Shown: positions 29,731-39,787 of the stretch, in pieces | How positions within the stretch are numbered: the stretch's first letter is position 1 | Layout: every line of letters starts with the position of its first letter | Source of the DNA: a virus | Length of the DNA stretch: 64,000 nt | Reading direction: 5' to 3' (one strand) | Virus record (IMG/VR): IMGVR_UViG_3300042540_000949 | Coordinates: 1-64,000 of that record | Notes under the pieces: generated by a model | Seen by the model: the letters and a program-made list of their open reading frames with translations, nothing else | Databases searched by the model: none | Told to the model about the DNA's origin: nothing | Program-made: the position numbers and the translations under genes

Positions 29731-31182
29731 TCAGTTGATGGCGTTGCCGTGTAGATTCTTGACTTGAGTAATACGGTAGTATTGGTTCAAGCCTCTGGTC
29801 AACTTCTCTCCATCAGGAATATTGCTGCTGTCAAGGACGTATGGGTTGGCTACAACACCATAACGGGTCTTGAATGCAATACGTGGTTGGAAAGTGTTGG
29901 GATCTACTGCACGGACCATTTGTAGCGGTACGTATGGGCAGTAGAACAAACCAGCATCGTATGGAGACTCACCCTTATAGCCAGTTACGAAGAAGTTCAT
30001 TCCAACTGGGCTGTAGGGATCGATGTATACGCGGATCTTGCCAGAGAGGATACCAGCAAAGGTGTTTTGGGTATCATCAGCATTGATCTGAGGAGCGATT
30101 GCGGGGCTGAGGCTCATGAAGCCAGACATGGCTAGAGCAGCAGCGGTATCGCTGTCACAGATGATGAAGTTACCCTTGCCACGGCGGGTTTCCTTGGCGA
30201 TGGTGTTGCACTCACGTTCGATTTGGAAGCTGAGGCCACGGAAGCGTTCAGCGGACCAACGACCGTCTGAGTCAACATCAAGATCATATACACCAGGAAC
30301 TGCTAGGTCAATTTGTTGTGATCCATCTTTGGCTACATAGTAGATGCTGCGAACGACTTCGCGGTTGATCTCAGCGAGAATTTCGGTGCTGAGAAGATTA
30401 GCGAGTTCGGCTTCAGCGTCTAGACCGTGAACAGCCTTGAGGTCTTGTGCCAATTCGACGGTGTAGTTGCTGGCAAGAGCGCGGGTCTTGGCTTGTACGG
30501 CAACACGGTCGATTGAGAAGGCCATTTGGTTCCAGTTAGCATATGCATTGCTGCTGTCTGGTTGATAGAAACCACAAGCACCAACAACTTGATTGCTACC
30601 AATTGCTTCGCCTTTATTGGTCAAAATACCACGAAGGTTATTTAGAGTATTTAAACCACGGTATGCGGCTGAAAAACCAGTTGCACAGTTTCCATTAAAA
30701 TTCCAACCAGCGGATAGACCGTCATAACCAGTGGGCAATGTCCAACCACAACCACCGAATTGTGCGGCGGGCTCTTGGAACATAGCTTCAACCGATGAAG
30801 AGTATTGTGAAGCTTTATTTCCACCAAGTTGATATTGAGCGCGCATTGCAAAGATGAGGCCAGTTGGGGCGGTCATTGGCTGAACGCCGCAGATGTCATA
30901 GGCCATCAAGTTTGGCATAGCACGACGAACCAAGGAGATGAGCACGGGATCATAACCAGCAACGTTTGGTGTGTTGCTGTAATCCATGGGCATTCCGAGG
31001 TTGTTGGAGCTCATGGTCTCAGTGAGGTGCTGAGAACGAAGAGCCTGCTCTTGGTTTTCTAGAAGGACGGCAGTGACTTTCTTGCGATAGTCATCTTGAA
31101 TCTTGGGGAGTGCATCGTGGCCGAGCACGGGATCCCATTTTTCTGTTAAAACGTCATATGGTGTATTTTCTGCGAATTGCAT
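29731..31182 (-). CDS. gp23: Major capsid protein (gp23)
   Basis: YDPVLISLVRRAMPNL...GVQPMTAPTGLIFAMR, ELAQDLKAVHGLDAEAEL, FQPRIAFKTRYG. Confidence 0.98.
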   Translation of the reverse strand: MQFAENTPYDVLTEKWDPVLGHDALPKIQDDYRKKVTAVLLENQEQALRSQHLTETMSSNNLGMPMDYSNTPNVAGYDPVLISLVRRAMPNLMAYDICGVQPMTAPTGLIFAMRAQYQLGGNKASQYSSSVEAMFQEPAAQFGGCGWTLPTGYDGLSAGWNFNGNCATGFSAAYRGLNTLNNLRGILTNKGEAIGSNQVVGACGFYQPDSSNAYANWNQMAFSIDRVAVQAKTRALASNYTVELAQDLKAVHGLDAEAELANLLSTEILAEINREVVRSIYYVAKDGSQQIDLAVPGVYDLDVDSDGRWSAERFRGLSFQIERECNTIAKETRRGKGNFIICDSDTAAALAMSGFMSLSPAIAPQINADDTQNTFAGILSGKIRVYIDPYSPVGMNFFVTGYKGESPYDAGLFYCPYVPLQMVRAVDPNTFQPRIAFKTRYGVVANPYVLDSSNIPDGEKLTRGLNQYYRITQVKNLHGNAIN

Positions 31183-31209
31183 TTTAGTGTTTTCTCCTGT
31201 GAGTGTAAA

Positions 31210-31216
31210 TATTTAG
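31210..31216 (-). promoter_or_regulatory. Late-type promoter CTAAATA for gp23
   Basis: Variant of TATAAATA, followed by SD AGGAG. Confidence 0.65.
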
Positions 31217-31228
31217 TAATAGTGAAAT

Positions 31229-32281
31229 TTAGACCTTTTTATTGAGTCTACCCAACGCACCGACGTAACCTTCTACGAGGGTAGTCGGGGCAGTTTTGAC
31301 TGGTGCAAATGTTTGCTCTGGCTCAACGGAACGAGCAGGAGCGCGAGTTGCGGTGTTTAGATAATTTTCCTTGATGGCTGTTAGTTTTTCACGGTATTCA
31401 TCAACTGTACCGAAAGAAACATTTTCCATTAGGTTTTGAAGTTTGGCGATTTGAGTGTCTGCAAGGTCTCTTGTCTCAGCGACAAAGATTCCAGCACATT
31501 CAGTCAATTCGATTTGCTTCTTGAGTTCAATGCTGACATTTACGGACTCGTTGAGTTTATTTTCCAACTCACGATTTTGAGCGTAAAGTTCATCAAGAAC
31601 GTTGTACTTCTCGTTGGGAACGTCAATGTAGTGGTTCTCAAAGAGGTTCTTTAGACCACTGATGAAGTTCTCGGCAATTTGAGTCTTGATACCTTGTTCA
31701 ACGGCCACAGCGTTCTCTGTCATCCATTCTTCGACTACGTAGTCAAGATAGTCATCTACCTTCTCTACGAGTGATTCGGTGACATTCTCAAGATATTGCT
31801 TGACGTTGCCGTCAACACCTTGAACGATGTGGGCAACGGTCTTTTCAACGCGGTCGGTGACAGCGGCTTCAAAGATTGCCTCTAGTTTGCTGACGAGTTC
31901 TTCTGAAGCGACTTCTTCACCGAGCAATGAAGCGAGAGCAGCGCGGAATTGTGCGCGGGCTTCTGCGATCATTTCCTGATCTTCAACGCTTTCTTCGACT
32001 TCGGTGGGCTCTTCTTCTTCTGTTTCCTCTGTCTCCTCTTCCTCTCCGGAAGATTGAGCAGGAGCGGACATTGCTGGAGCAGCCTTACCCATCATGCCCA
32101 TTGAGTTGGGGACGATTGGGGCTGGAACTCCGGGAACGGCAACAGCGCCCGTGGCAACTGGTGGGGCGGTCATTGAGCCCTTTCCGGTTGCATCGACGGA
32201 ACCCTTGCCGGTTGCATCGTAATCGCCTAGACCCATGGCTTGCATGGCGGCTTCTGAGATAGTTTGTTTCTTATTTTTCAT
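31229..32281 (-). CDS. gp22: Prohead core scaffold protein (gp22)
   Basis: IFEAAV, KVDDYLDYVVEEWM.EN, GLKNLFENHYIDVP; start 32281 (MKNKKQ) behind TATAAATA 32308-32315. Confidence 0.93.
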   Translation of the reverse strand: MKNKKQTISEAAMQAMGLGDYDATGKGSVDATGKGSMTAPPVATGAVAVPGVPAPIVPNSMGMMGKAAPAMSAPAQSSGEEEETEETEEEEPTEVEESVEDQEMIAEARAQFRAALASLLGEEVASEELVSKLEAIFEAAVTDRVEKTVAHIVQGVDGNVKQYLENVTESLVEKVDDYLDYVVEEWMTENAVAVEQGIKTQIAENFISGLKNLFENHYIDVPNEKYNVLDELYAQNRELENKLNESVNVSIELKKQIELTECAGIFVAETRDLADTQIAKLQNLMENVSFGTVDEYREKLTAIKENYLNTATRAPARSVEPEQTFAPVKTAPTTLVEGYVGALGRLNKKV

Positions 32282-32330
32282 ATTAAAAGGATCCTTAAGT
32301 GTAAAATTATTTATACTCCAAAAAAGTTCA

Positions 32331-32951
32331 TTATGGTGTTCTTCTTCTTGATGTTGATGGTACACCAGACCCACTTAGTAGAGAAGAAATCCAATTTTGC
32401 TGTGAATATTGAGTTTGTGGTGTGTAAAGTGTAACGGGTGGACTTCCTGCACCAGAAACAACATTACCAGCATATTCTGGTCCAAATGCTTGTTTTTGTA
32501 AATCTAAGTACGATAAGCCAGTAAGATCACGCAAAGTAGGTAATAACGATGTACCTAAAAATGCAAAAGGTTTGGCTGCAGAACCAATTTTTTTCATTGC
32601 AGAACCTGCTTTTGATGGATCAACAAAACGTTTCATAAGTCCTTGCCCCAAACTTACTGCAGCAGCTATATCTCCTAGCCCAAGATCCAAGGGATTGGGA
32701 GAATTGGTAATCCCAGTTCCTGCACCACCAAAAGCCACTTTATCCAAATCAATTTTTTCACCCTTTTTTGCTTTTAAATCCAAAGGACTTTTTATAACTC
32801 CTGTGGTGCTGAGATCGGAGCGTGCTTCGGCAAAATAACGTTTTCTGTATTCCTTCAAATGTACATAAACATTGTCATTTGGATTGCTTTCATTTTTGTG
32901 TTCAAGCAATGCACACAGATATGTTTTTGTGTTTGAAGGAATGTTATTCAT
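32331..32951 (-). CDS. Hypothetical protein between gp21 and gp22
   Basis: 206-aa ORF overlapping the gp21 stop; no recognised family. Confidence 0.55.
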   Translation of the reverse strand: MNNIPSNTKTYLCALLEHKNESNPNDNVYVHLKEYRKRYFAEARSDLSTTGVIKSPLDLKAKKGEKIDLDKVAFGGAGTGITNSPNPLDLGLGDIAAAVSLGQGLMKRFVDPSKAGSAMKKIGSAAKPFAFLGTSLLPTLRDLTGLSYLDLQKQAFGPEYAGNVVSGAGSPPVTLYTPQTQYSQQNWISSLLSGSGVPSTSRRRTP

Positions 32952-33595
32952 GACAATTTCTTAAAATAGTTATTGAAAACCTTTACAATGTTTTCTTGAA
33001 GATCTCTTTTGGGAGAATTTTTGATCAGTTTGACGGATTGTTCACGATCTCTTTCGGTCCACATTCCGTTTTCAAAAATCCATTCCTTGCCTTCCATGAT
33101 TCCATTGACAAAAGCATTTGGAGCAGAAGGATCTGCAACAATGTCAATTGCGGCAAGCATGAAGTCTTCTTGAACTTCTTGGTAGCCGTTCTTGGGACGA
33201 AGCGAGCCCATTCCACGGGTGGAAACACCGAGTTGAGCACCTTCATCAATCAAGTTTTTGACGATTCTTCCCATTGGAGTGTCAAGGACTTTTGCCTTTC
33301 CGTAGACATTCTTGCCGTCTTCGTGAAGGGTCTTGATCATGTGTGAAACCCTATCAAGATTGACTGTTGGGCCTGTGGGGTGATTTAATTCTCCCATTGC
33401 ACGGCCCTTTTCAACATACTCGGTAATATAACGACCACATTCCTTTTTGAGTATGCCGCTTGGATAGACTCTGCCGTTGCGATTCTTTACATCAGATTGC
33501 ATGAAAACACCTTCGATGAAATATGTCTTTTCACCGTTTCCGATGTTCTCCTTGATGTACTTGATATCTTCAGTTAGTTCCGTTATCAGTTTCAT
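32948..33595 (-). CDS. gp21: Prohead protease (gp21)
   Basis: IEGVFMQ..KNRNGRVYP, GELNHP, GVSTRGMGSL, DIVADPSAPNAFV. Confidence 0.97.
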   Translation of the reverse strand: MKLITELTEDIKYIKENIGNGEKTYFIEGVFMQSDVKNRNGRVYPSGILKKECGRYITEYVEKGRAMGELNHPTGPTVNLDRVSHMIKTLHEDGKNVYGKAKVLDTPMGRIVKNLIDEGAQLGVSTRGMGSLRPKNGYQEVQEDFMLAAIDIVADPSAPNAFVNGIMEGKEWIFENGMWTERDREQSVKLIKNSPKRDLQENIVKVFNNYFKKLS

Positions 33596-33749
33596 TGTTT
33601 GTTCCTAGAATTTTTTTGGCAACGGTCTTGTATTGCTCTTCAAGTTTGCTTCCAATCTTGGAATAAAGAACTTTTGAGGTTGTTTCCTTGAAAGAAACCG
33701 CATTTTCTTGAATTGCATTTTTTAACATGTCTCTGATTTCGTTTTTCAT
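33570..33749 (-). CDS. Small prohead core protein (gp67/68 position; 59 aa; absent from the ORF track)
   Basis: MKNEIRDMLKNAIQENAVSFKETTSKVLYSKIGSKLEEQYKTVAKKILGTNNETDNGTN*; ATGA-coupled to the upstream ORF. Confidence 0.7.
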   Translation of the reverse strand: MKNEIRDMLKNAIQENAVSFKETTSKVLYSKIGSKLEEQYKTVAKKILGTNNETDNGTN

Positions 33750-34156
33750 TGTAATTTCCTGGTTTCTTGTGCAAACTTAATGTGCTGTTTGAATGCTTTC
33801 GTATTGTTAAAAATTTCTTGAGTCATTTTTTTTCTGTTTTCCGAATTCAGAGACTCAAACAAATTTTTAACCAATTCTTTTTCATTTTCAGTAATATTTA
33901 TAACAGAATGATCCTTCAGTATTACTTTTCCGCCTTCAAAATTTTCCATAAAATGAATAAATTTTTGTAGTTCGGGTGTTTCTTCGGTTGTCTCTTCGTT
34001 TTCAAAAAGACGGTTGGAAACTTCTTCTCGGACTGAAAAAATGGATTCATTGAGTTTGACAGCCAATGCTTGTTCAATGTTTTGCTTGAAGTATGCTTCA
34101 TTTTCAGAAAGCATTTCTTTGATTCCATTTTTTAAAAGTGTTTTTGAGATATCCAT
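33746..34156 (-). CDS. Prohead core protein (gp67/68 position)
   Basis: Helical Glu-rich ORF between portal and protease. Confidence 0.6.
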   Translation of the reverse strand: MDISKTLLKNGIKEMLSENEAYFKQNIEQALAVKLNESIFSVREEVSNRLFENEETTEETPELQKFIHFMENFEGGKVILKDHSVINITENEKELVKNLFESLNSENRKKMTQEIFNNTKAFKQHIKFAQETRKLQ

Positions 34157-34157
34157 T

Positions 34158-35723
34158 TTAACCCTCTGGTTGCTGTTGTTGTGCTTCTTGAGCCTGTTGT
34201 TGAGCCATCATTGCCAACTGCTCTTGTTGCATTCTTTGTCTATCAACTTCCATTTGTTTGTCCATTACACGCATGTCTTCCTCGCTTTGACGAAGAATGT
34301 TTTTTCTGACATAATCGGAAGAGAAGTATTTGCCGATGTAGGGATCAACAAATTGAACCATCTTAAGACGCTCTGCAAGAATTTCTGCTTCCTTGAGATC
34401 CCAGAAGTAATTGTCGGTATTGAAGACATAATTGATGTCTCCCTTCAATTCTCTCCAGTCATCATCAGTCATGACACCCTTGAGAAGAAGCTGAACTCTC
34501 AACATGTCAGCAAATAATTTGGTGAAATGATGACGAATTCTGTCAATGAACTTGTAAAACTTTACCTCTTCTCTCGTTATTTCAACGGATCGACCCATGT
34601 TGAAACCCGTGGACTCAGATGTCAATCTGCTGACTGGAACATTCAATGCCATGTACAATTTCTTCTTGAAGTAGTCAACGTCTTCGATCTGGGACATGGC
34701 CTGACCACCGGGAAGAGTGGAAATCTCGGTTCCTCTTGAACCTTCACGACGAGGAAGCCAGTAATCCTCAAGCACGGACAGATGGTTTCTTTCATCACGA
34801 ACTTCTCCGGTTGCTTGATTGTAGATGACACGATTGCGGAAGCGGCTCATCATGTCCCGCATATACTGCTCGGCCTTTTGCTTTGGCAACTGTCCTACGT
34901 CAACGTAGAACACTCTGCGTTCAGGTGCGCGAGCGATGCGGTAAACTAGAAGAGCATCTTCTAGTTGTCTCAACATGTTCAACGGACGAATGGCTTTGTG
35001 AAGATAGCCAAGAACACGCTTAGTATTGAGATCTACGATTCCTGAAGGAACATAGACAATGCTGTCCAACGACAGCTGAAGACCACCTGGACCAGTCAAC
35101 ATGTAGGATTCTTTGTCCGTATTTGTATAAAGGTAATACTCCTCAATGTCCGTGATCAAGGAAACGGATTGACCCTCCAAACGTTCCATTTCCTTTTTTA
35201 CTTTGCGAATCTTCTTGATTTTCAAAGGATCGACAGGAAGTATTTCCTTAATTCCGTCAGTTGGTTTTTCCTTGTCGATTACAATATTATAATACACTTT
35301 TGAATCGATGTACCATCTTCGAAATATTTCGTATGACTTGTTGTTAAAATCAAGAAGATGAAGAATTCTTTCAAACTCTCTGTAAATTTTGTTCTTGATC
35401 ACATCAGAAACCGGAAGATTGCCCAAATCCAATTTTACGGGTTTGCGGTCACTTCCCAAGACAATTGATGCATTTACGATTTCATCAACCGCATTGTCAA
35501 CTTCCGGGTAAATGGACATGTTTCTATATTGAACTACCGAAGCACTTTCATCACGCATGCTCGCAGCGTAATCAAGCGCAGTTCCAAAGAATCCACCAGC
35601 CTCTACTGTTACTGTACCATCATAAATTTCAGGAGCAGTAAAAGATTGTAATGATCTTTCCTGTTTCTCCTGTTTTGGAGTTCTTTTCTTTCCAAATTCA
35701 AATCCAAAAAGTTCTAATTCCAT
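34158..35723 (-). CDS. gp20: Portal protein (gp20)
   Basis: IFRRWYID, LEDALLVYRIARAPERRVFYVDVG, EDYWLPRREG. Confidence 0.98.
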   Translation of the reverse strand: MELELFGFEFGKKRTPKQEKQERSLQSFTAPEIYDGTVTVEAGGFFGTALDYAASMRDESASVVQYRNMSIYPEVDNAVDEIVNASIVLGSDRKPVKLDLGNLPVSDVIKNKIYREFERILHLLDFNNKSYEIFRRWYIDSKVYYNIVIDKEKPTDGIKEILPVDPLKIKKIRKVKKEMERLEGQSVSLITDIEEYYLYTNTDKESYMLTGPGGLQLSLDSIVYVPSGIVDLNTKRVLGYLHKAIRPLNMLRQLEDALLVYRIARAPERRVFYVDVGQLPKQKAEQYMRDMMSRFRNRVIYNQATGEVRDERNHLSVLEDYWLPRREGSRGTEISTLPGGQAMSQIEDVDYFKKKLYMALNVPVSRLTSESTGFNMGRSVEITREEVKFYKFIDRIRHHFTKLFADMLRVQLLLKGVMTDDDWRELKGDINYVFNTDNYFWDLKEAEILAERLKMVQFVDPYIGKYFSSDYVRKNILRQSEEDMRVMDKQMEVDRQRMQQEQLAMMAQQQAQEAQQQQPEG

Positions 35724-35729
35724 AATTTA

Positions 35730-36281
35730 TCACGTCCTTCTGGTGATTGGAGTTGTTCCACTTAAAATTTCCATATAATCAAACATTATCATGACTTCAA
35801 AACTGTTCATAGTATTGGGTGACATCATATTTAGAGTCAATTGGCCGATCTTGGCTGGCCAACAACCATGCAATACAAATTTTTTCAATACAGTTTCACC
35901 GTTTAAATCAAGATGTTGAATTTCCCAATCTGTGGCTTTGTATGTTGAGGCTTGATTTATCAAAGATGAAACATTTGTATTGTTGTTGTTTATGTTGTTT
36001 TGCCAATTTTGAAACGCTCTCCACAAATTTTTGTCACCAGTATCATCCAAAACAACAACAGCCCAACTTGTATATTGCTTTTCACCAGGATAAAAATACT
36101 TTCTTCCAAAGTGATCGTATGTCAAGGTTGTTGACATTACCTGTGGAAGAATTGTTGATCTTATGTGAAATTTGGTAAATCGCGGTGTTCCTACGCTATT
36201 GCCACCGGGAATTACACCATTTACCAAAAATCTGTTTGATCTTGTTCCACCAAAAAAGTTTGTCTTGAATTCGTTTAACAT
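35730..36281 (-). CDS. gp19: Tail tube protein paralogue 2 (gp19-like)
   Basis: GGTRSNRF, GRKYFYPGEKQYTSW, GCWP. Confidence 0.85.
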   Translation of the reverse strand: MLNEFKTNFFGGTRSNRFLVNGVIPGGNSVGTPRFTKFHIRSTILPQVMSTTLTYDHFGRKYFYPGEKQYTSWAVVVLDDTGDKNLWRAFQNWQNNINNNNTNVSSLINQASTYKATDWEIQHLDLNGETVLKKFVLHGCWPAKIGQLTLNMMSPNTMNSFEVMIMFDYMEILSGTTPITRRT

Positions 36282-36282
36282 A

Positions 36283-36813
36283 TCAGAGTCCTTCTATCTT
36301 GATGTTATCAAATGTCAAGGTCGCTGAAAAAGAAACAAAATCATTTTCACCCATGTTTAAGCCAATTTCACCAATAACGCTTGGCCAGCATTTATAAAGA
36401 AAAATTCGTCTTAAGACTTGATTTGCATTTACGTCTAACTGATCGATTCTCCATGTAGTTTGCAAAGTTTTGTAAGCAAAATCATTGTTGGCTACTCTAT
36501 GTGTCCAGTGGCCATCCAATGCTTCTTTCCATCTTTGCAATGCAGTCCATATGTTTTGTGAATTTCCATCATCATAAATTCCAACAACCCAAGGGCTATA
36601 TTGACGATCTCCTGCAAAATTTATGAGTCTTCCACGATAAGGAATGCTGATGCTGTTCACTGTTGCCATTGGCAAAGATGCAGACACAATCTTGAATTGT
36701 GCATCGGTAATCGGAACACTTATGCCACTTGGCCAAGAGGGGTAGACGATAAACCTATTGGCTCTTGTGCCTCCATTGAAGTTATTCTTGAAATCGATTA
36801 TCGAATTTGACAT
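36283..36813 (-). CDS. gp19: Tail tube protein paralogue 1 (gp19-like)
   Basis: GGTRANRF, SASLP, YRGRLINFAGDRQYSPW, KCWP. Confidence 0.88.
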   Translation of the reverse strand: MSNSIIDFKNNFNGGTRANRFIVYPSWPSGISVPITDAQFKIVSASLPMATVNSISIPYRGRLINFAGDRQYSPWVVGIYDDGNSQNIWTALQRWKEALDGHWTHRVANNDFAYKTLQTTWRIDQLDVNANQVLRRIFLYKCWPSVIGEIGLNMGENDFVSFSATLTFDNIKIEGL

Positions 36814-38096
36814 TATTGTGTGTATGTGAAGTTAACCACAAATGAGTCTGTTCCTAGCAATGGCTTGACTACCAAATCAATTTTTAATTGTGCTGGGTCG
36901 GTATTATTTCCCTGATTGCAGATAATTTGCGTGGCTGTTGTATCCAAGTAGGAAGCATATGTATCCAAGGCAGTTTGCACTTCACTTACAACCTGATCTC
37001 TGGTTGTTTGGTTGTTTATTTCAAAGATGTACTTAAATGCAACAGTGTTTACTGAATTGATGATCTCAGAACGAAGTCTTGCTGGCCCTATTCTGTCGTT
37101 TACAGTGATAGGGCCACTTGCGGCAGTTGCACCAACCAAATCAGATCCTAAAAACTTTGGAATGTAATTTACAAAAAAATTGACTTTGTTTGATCTCAAA
37201 TAGTTTTTAAGATTTCCAGACCATTCTATTGGATTTGTGATGCTACCGTTCAATACTGTGGCACGATCTAACCCAGCTATTGTCAAATATTGTTCATTTC
37301 TGTTTTTTGCTCTTGCAAAAAATCCACCAAGATCGGAAACGGCAGGAATGGTGTAATTGATTGTGGAATCGCTTTTTAATAGTTCCACATTTAGAGTATT
37401 TGTTTTCAATCCATACAGATTAAAGAATTTGATACCTTGAGTCGATCCAGCAACATTAGATACACCAAGTGCAGCAAAGTTTGCCATTGTGTAACCGTTT
37501 CCAGAGACACCAGTGGCAGAGTCAAGAATAGAAGGAAAGAATCCAACGGCGTATTCTTGACCAGCAACCCAAGTTGCAATATCAGAAGAAATGTAAGGAT
37601 CGATTACACAATCAATCAAATTTTCTGAATTGGCACCCAAATAAGAATTGAACCCAGCAACACTTCCTGTAAGTACAAGTGTACCGCCGTAAGCCATATA
37701 ACTTATGGCATTCAAAAAATCTTCGCCATTTCGCGTATATAAAAGTTTTGTATTTCCTTCATCAACAAACAAAGAGTAAGTAGAACCACTTACTGGAGCC
37801 AGCAAGCAATTTGTAATTCCACTTAACTTATTTAAATCTTGCACCAAATCTGAAGGATTGGTATAAACAATGAACGGATCTGAGGTTGTTCCTTTTACAG
37901 GACCAAGAGCAGAATTTCCTCTTGAATAGATCAACCAACCGAACAAACCACCCGGATCTACGCTAGTGGCGTTGTTCACTCCGTTGAAAACCGGAGCGGT
38001 GTAAGTAGATCCAACCTTCATTGCAGCCACGAAAGGTATTGCTAAATTTTCTTTTGAATATTGATTTGAGCTAATAAATGAACTGAGTGATGGCAT
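36813..38096 (-). CDS. gp18: Tail sheath protein (gp18-like, short and divergent)
   Basis: Between gp17 and gp19; C-terminal YIFEINNQTTR...IICNQGNN...IDLVVKP sheath motif; CTAAATA at 38118-38124. Confidence 0.8.
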   Translation of the reverse strand: MPSLSSFISSNQYSKENLAIPFVAAMKVGSTYTAPVFNGVNNATSVDPGGLFGWLIYSRGNSALGPVKGTTSDPFIVYTNPSDLVQDLNKLSGITNCLLAPVSGSTYSLFVDEGNTKLLYTRNGEDFLNAISYMAYGGTLVLTGSVAGFNSYLGANSENLIDCVIDPYISSDIATWVAGQEYAVGFFPSILDSATGVSGNGYTMANFAALGVSNVAGSTQGIKFFNLYGLKTNTLNVELLKSDSTINYTIPAVSDLGGFFARAKNRNEQYLTIAGLDRATVLNGSITNPIEWSGNLKNYLRSNKVNFFVNYIPKFLGSDLVGATAASGPITVNDRIGPARLRSEIINSVNTVAFKYIFEINNQTTRDQVVSEVQTALDTYASYLDTTATQIICNQGNNTDPAQLKIDLVVKPLLGTDSFVVNFTYTQ

Positions 38097-38128
38097 AGGA
38101 TCCCTTTTTATCTAAAATATTTAGAATT

Positions 38129-39787
38129 TCATGTGGGATACCAAACCACTCCTCCCTGAGAAAATGGCTCCTTATCATCTAGTTCATCCTTGTTATCCAT
38201 CATAAAAAGCACATTATCATCTTCAGGTTTTTGTGCTTCTTCGTAATTAAATTTTGCACTTTCGATCAAATCAGCATAATATTCTTGCCTTGAAAGCCAT
38301 GCAAAGAACACCAAAGACATTACCAAGTCATCATTATGACCTTCTTCGGCCTTGTATGTATTGGCTTTTGATACAAATGTGAATAATTCAGAAATTATTC
38401 TTTCATCGTTCAATAAAATTTTGTCTTCTTCTATTAGTCTTTTTAGAATCGCACATCCCAATTTTTTAGTCTGTGTGGTGGTTCTAAGACCCATTTCGCT
38501 TTTTCCAGAAGCAAAACCTTGAGAAAGCATTTGGCCTTTTCTTCCCATCATACGAGTCATCAATACATTTTCATAGCCCAGATCGTTGTAAAGAATAGAA
38601 GAAACCTGACCACCAATGTCATTTGTTTCAATCAAAGCATAGGCATTGTTATACTGCTCACATATTTTTTTGATAATCGTGGGAAAATTGAATGGGCTGA
38701 TTGTGTTGTTTCTGAACGAAGCAACAACTTTATATGGTGCTGATGTTCCATCAATCAGTGTAAATGCCGAAAAGTCAGAGCCCTGACCCCGAGAAACGTC
38801 AGCCTGCAAGAAGTAAATTTGATCTTTTTCTGGTTTTGCAAATACTCGCAAACCTTCTTTATCTTCTTGCAAATATTCTTCTGGTGCCAAGACACTCAAT
38901 TTTGAAGTTGATATAAGAGTGTTGGAAGAGCCCAAGAAACTACATCCATATTCTTGCTCAAATTGTTCTGGACTTGTGTTTGCAATTTGTTCAGCGGCCC
39001 ATTCATCATCTCTTAATTTGGGGCTTCCGGGACTGACTGGGGTTTCTCTCCAACCCACCTCAACCGGAACGAACATGTTTTTTAACTTATGACCTGTAGT
39101 TCGATTAGCATCCACCCAAAGTTTATGGAAATGGTTCATTCCATTTGGGGTGGAAACAATGATAAGTTTGGTGGTTGTACCAGCCGAAATGGTCGGGTAT
39201 GTGGATGTATAGAATTCTTCTGCTACATGGCTCGGCAAGAAGGCGTACTCGTCCAACAGGAGCAGGTTATATGAGCCGCCACGGATCGCTGTAGACGATG
39301 TAGCGTCGCACATGACCCTGGAGCCGTTTTCCAATTTAAAACTCGTCTTATTCCATTCTACGACTCCTTGTTGCAGGAAATGTGGTAAATTTTCATAAGC
39401 AAGTTGAAGTTTGGAGAATAATTCCTCTTTTGCCGTCTTCAAACGGTTTGCTAGAATTGCCACGTTCACGCTTTGGTTGAAAGTCACATAGTGGCAAATG
39501 TAACTGGTCACACAAGTAGACTTACCGCACTGGCGAGGCCACTTGGAGATCACGAATCTATTTTTATGCAATTCGTTTATAAATTTTTTCTGGTATGGAT
39601 AAAGTTTAAACGGAACAACGCCCTTGTCCAATGTTTTGACTTTGATGTATTTTTCACAAAAGTAGACAGGATCGTTTGCACATTTTACATATTCCTCAAA
39701 CTCCTCTTTGGTGTATTGCATCTCCACACCGGGAAGTTTGAGTTTGGAATTGTTTCGATAACCCTGATTATTGTTGTTTGGGTTCAT
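38129..39787 (-). CDS. gp17: Terminase large subunit (gp17)
   Basis: PRQCGKST, LLLDEYAF, IVSTPNG, DVSRG, DDLVM. Confidence 0.97.
   Translation of the reverse strand: MNPNNNNQGYRNNSKLKLPGVEMQYTKEEFEEYVKCANDPVYFCEKYIKVKTLDKGVVPFKLYPYQKKFINELHKNRFVISKWPRQCGKSTCVTSYICHYVTFNQSVNVAILANRLKTAKEELFSKLQLAYENLPHFLQQGVVEWNKTSFKLENGSRVMCDATSSTAIRGGSYNLLLLDEYAFLPSHVAEEFYTSTYPTISAGTTTKLIIVSTPNGMNHFHKLWVDANRTTGHKLKNMFVPVEVGWRETPVSPGSPKLRDDEWAAEQIANTSPEQFEQEYGCSFLGSSNTLISTSKLSVLAPEEYLQEDKEGLRVFAKPEKDQIYFLQADVSRGQGSDFSAFTLIDGTSAPYKVVASFRNNTISPFNFPTIIKKICEQYNNAYALIETNDIGGQVSSILYNDLGYENVLMTRMMGRKGQMLSQGFASGKSEMGLRTTTQTKKLGCAILKRLIEEDKILLNDERIISELFTFVSKANTYKAEEGHNDDLVMSLVFFAWLSRQEYYADLIESAKFNYEEAQKPEDDNVLFMMDNKDELDDKEPFSQGGVVWYPT

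Noticed and set aside
34014-34517. 167-aa plus-strand ORF
   Set aside because: Antisense shadow of the portal and prohead core genes
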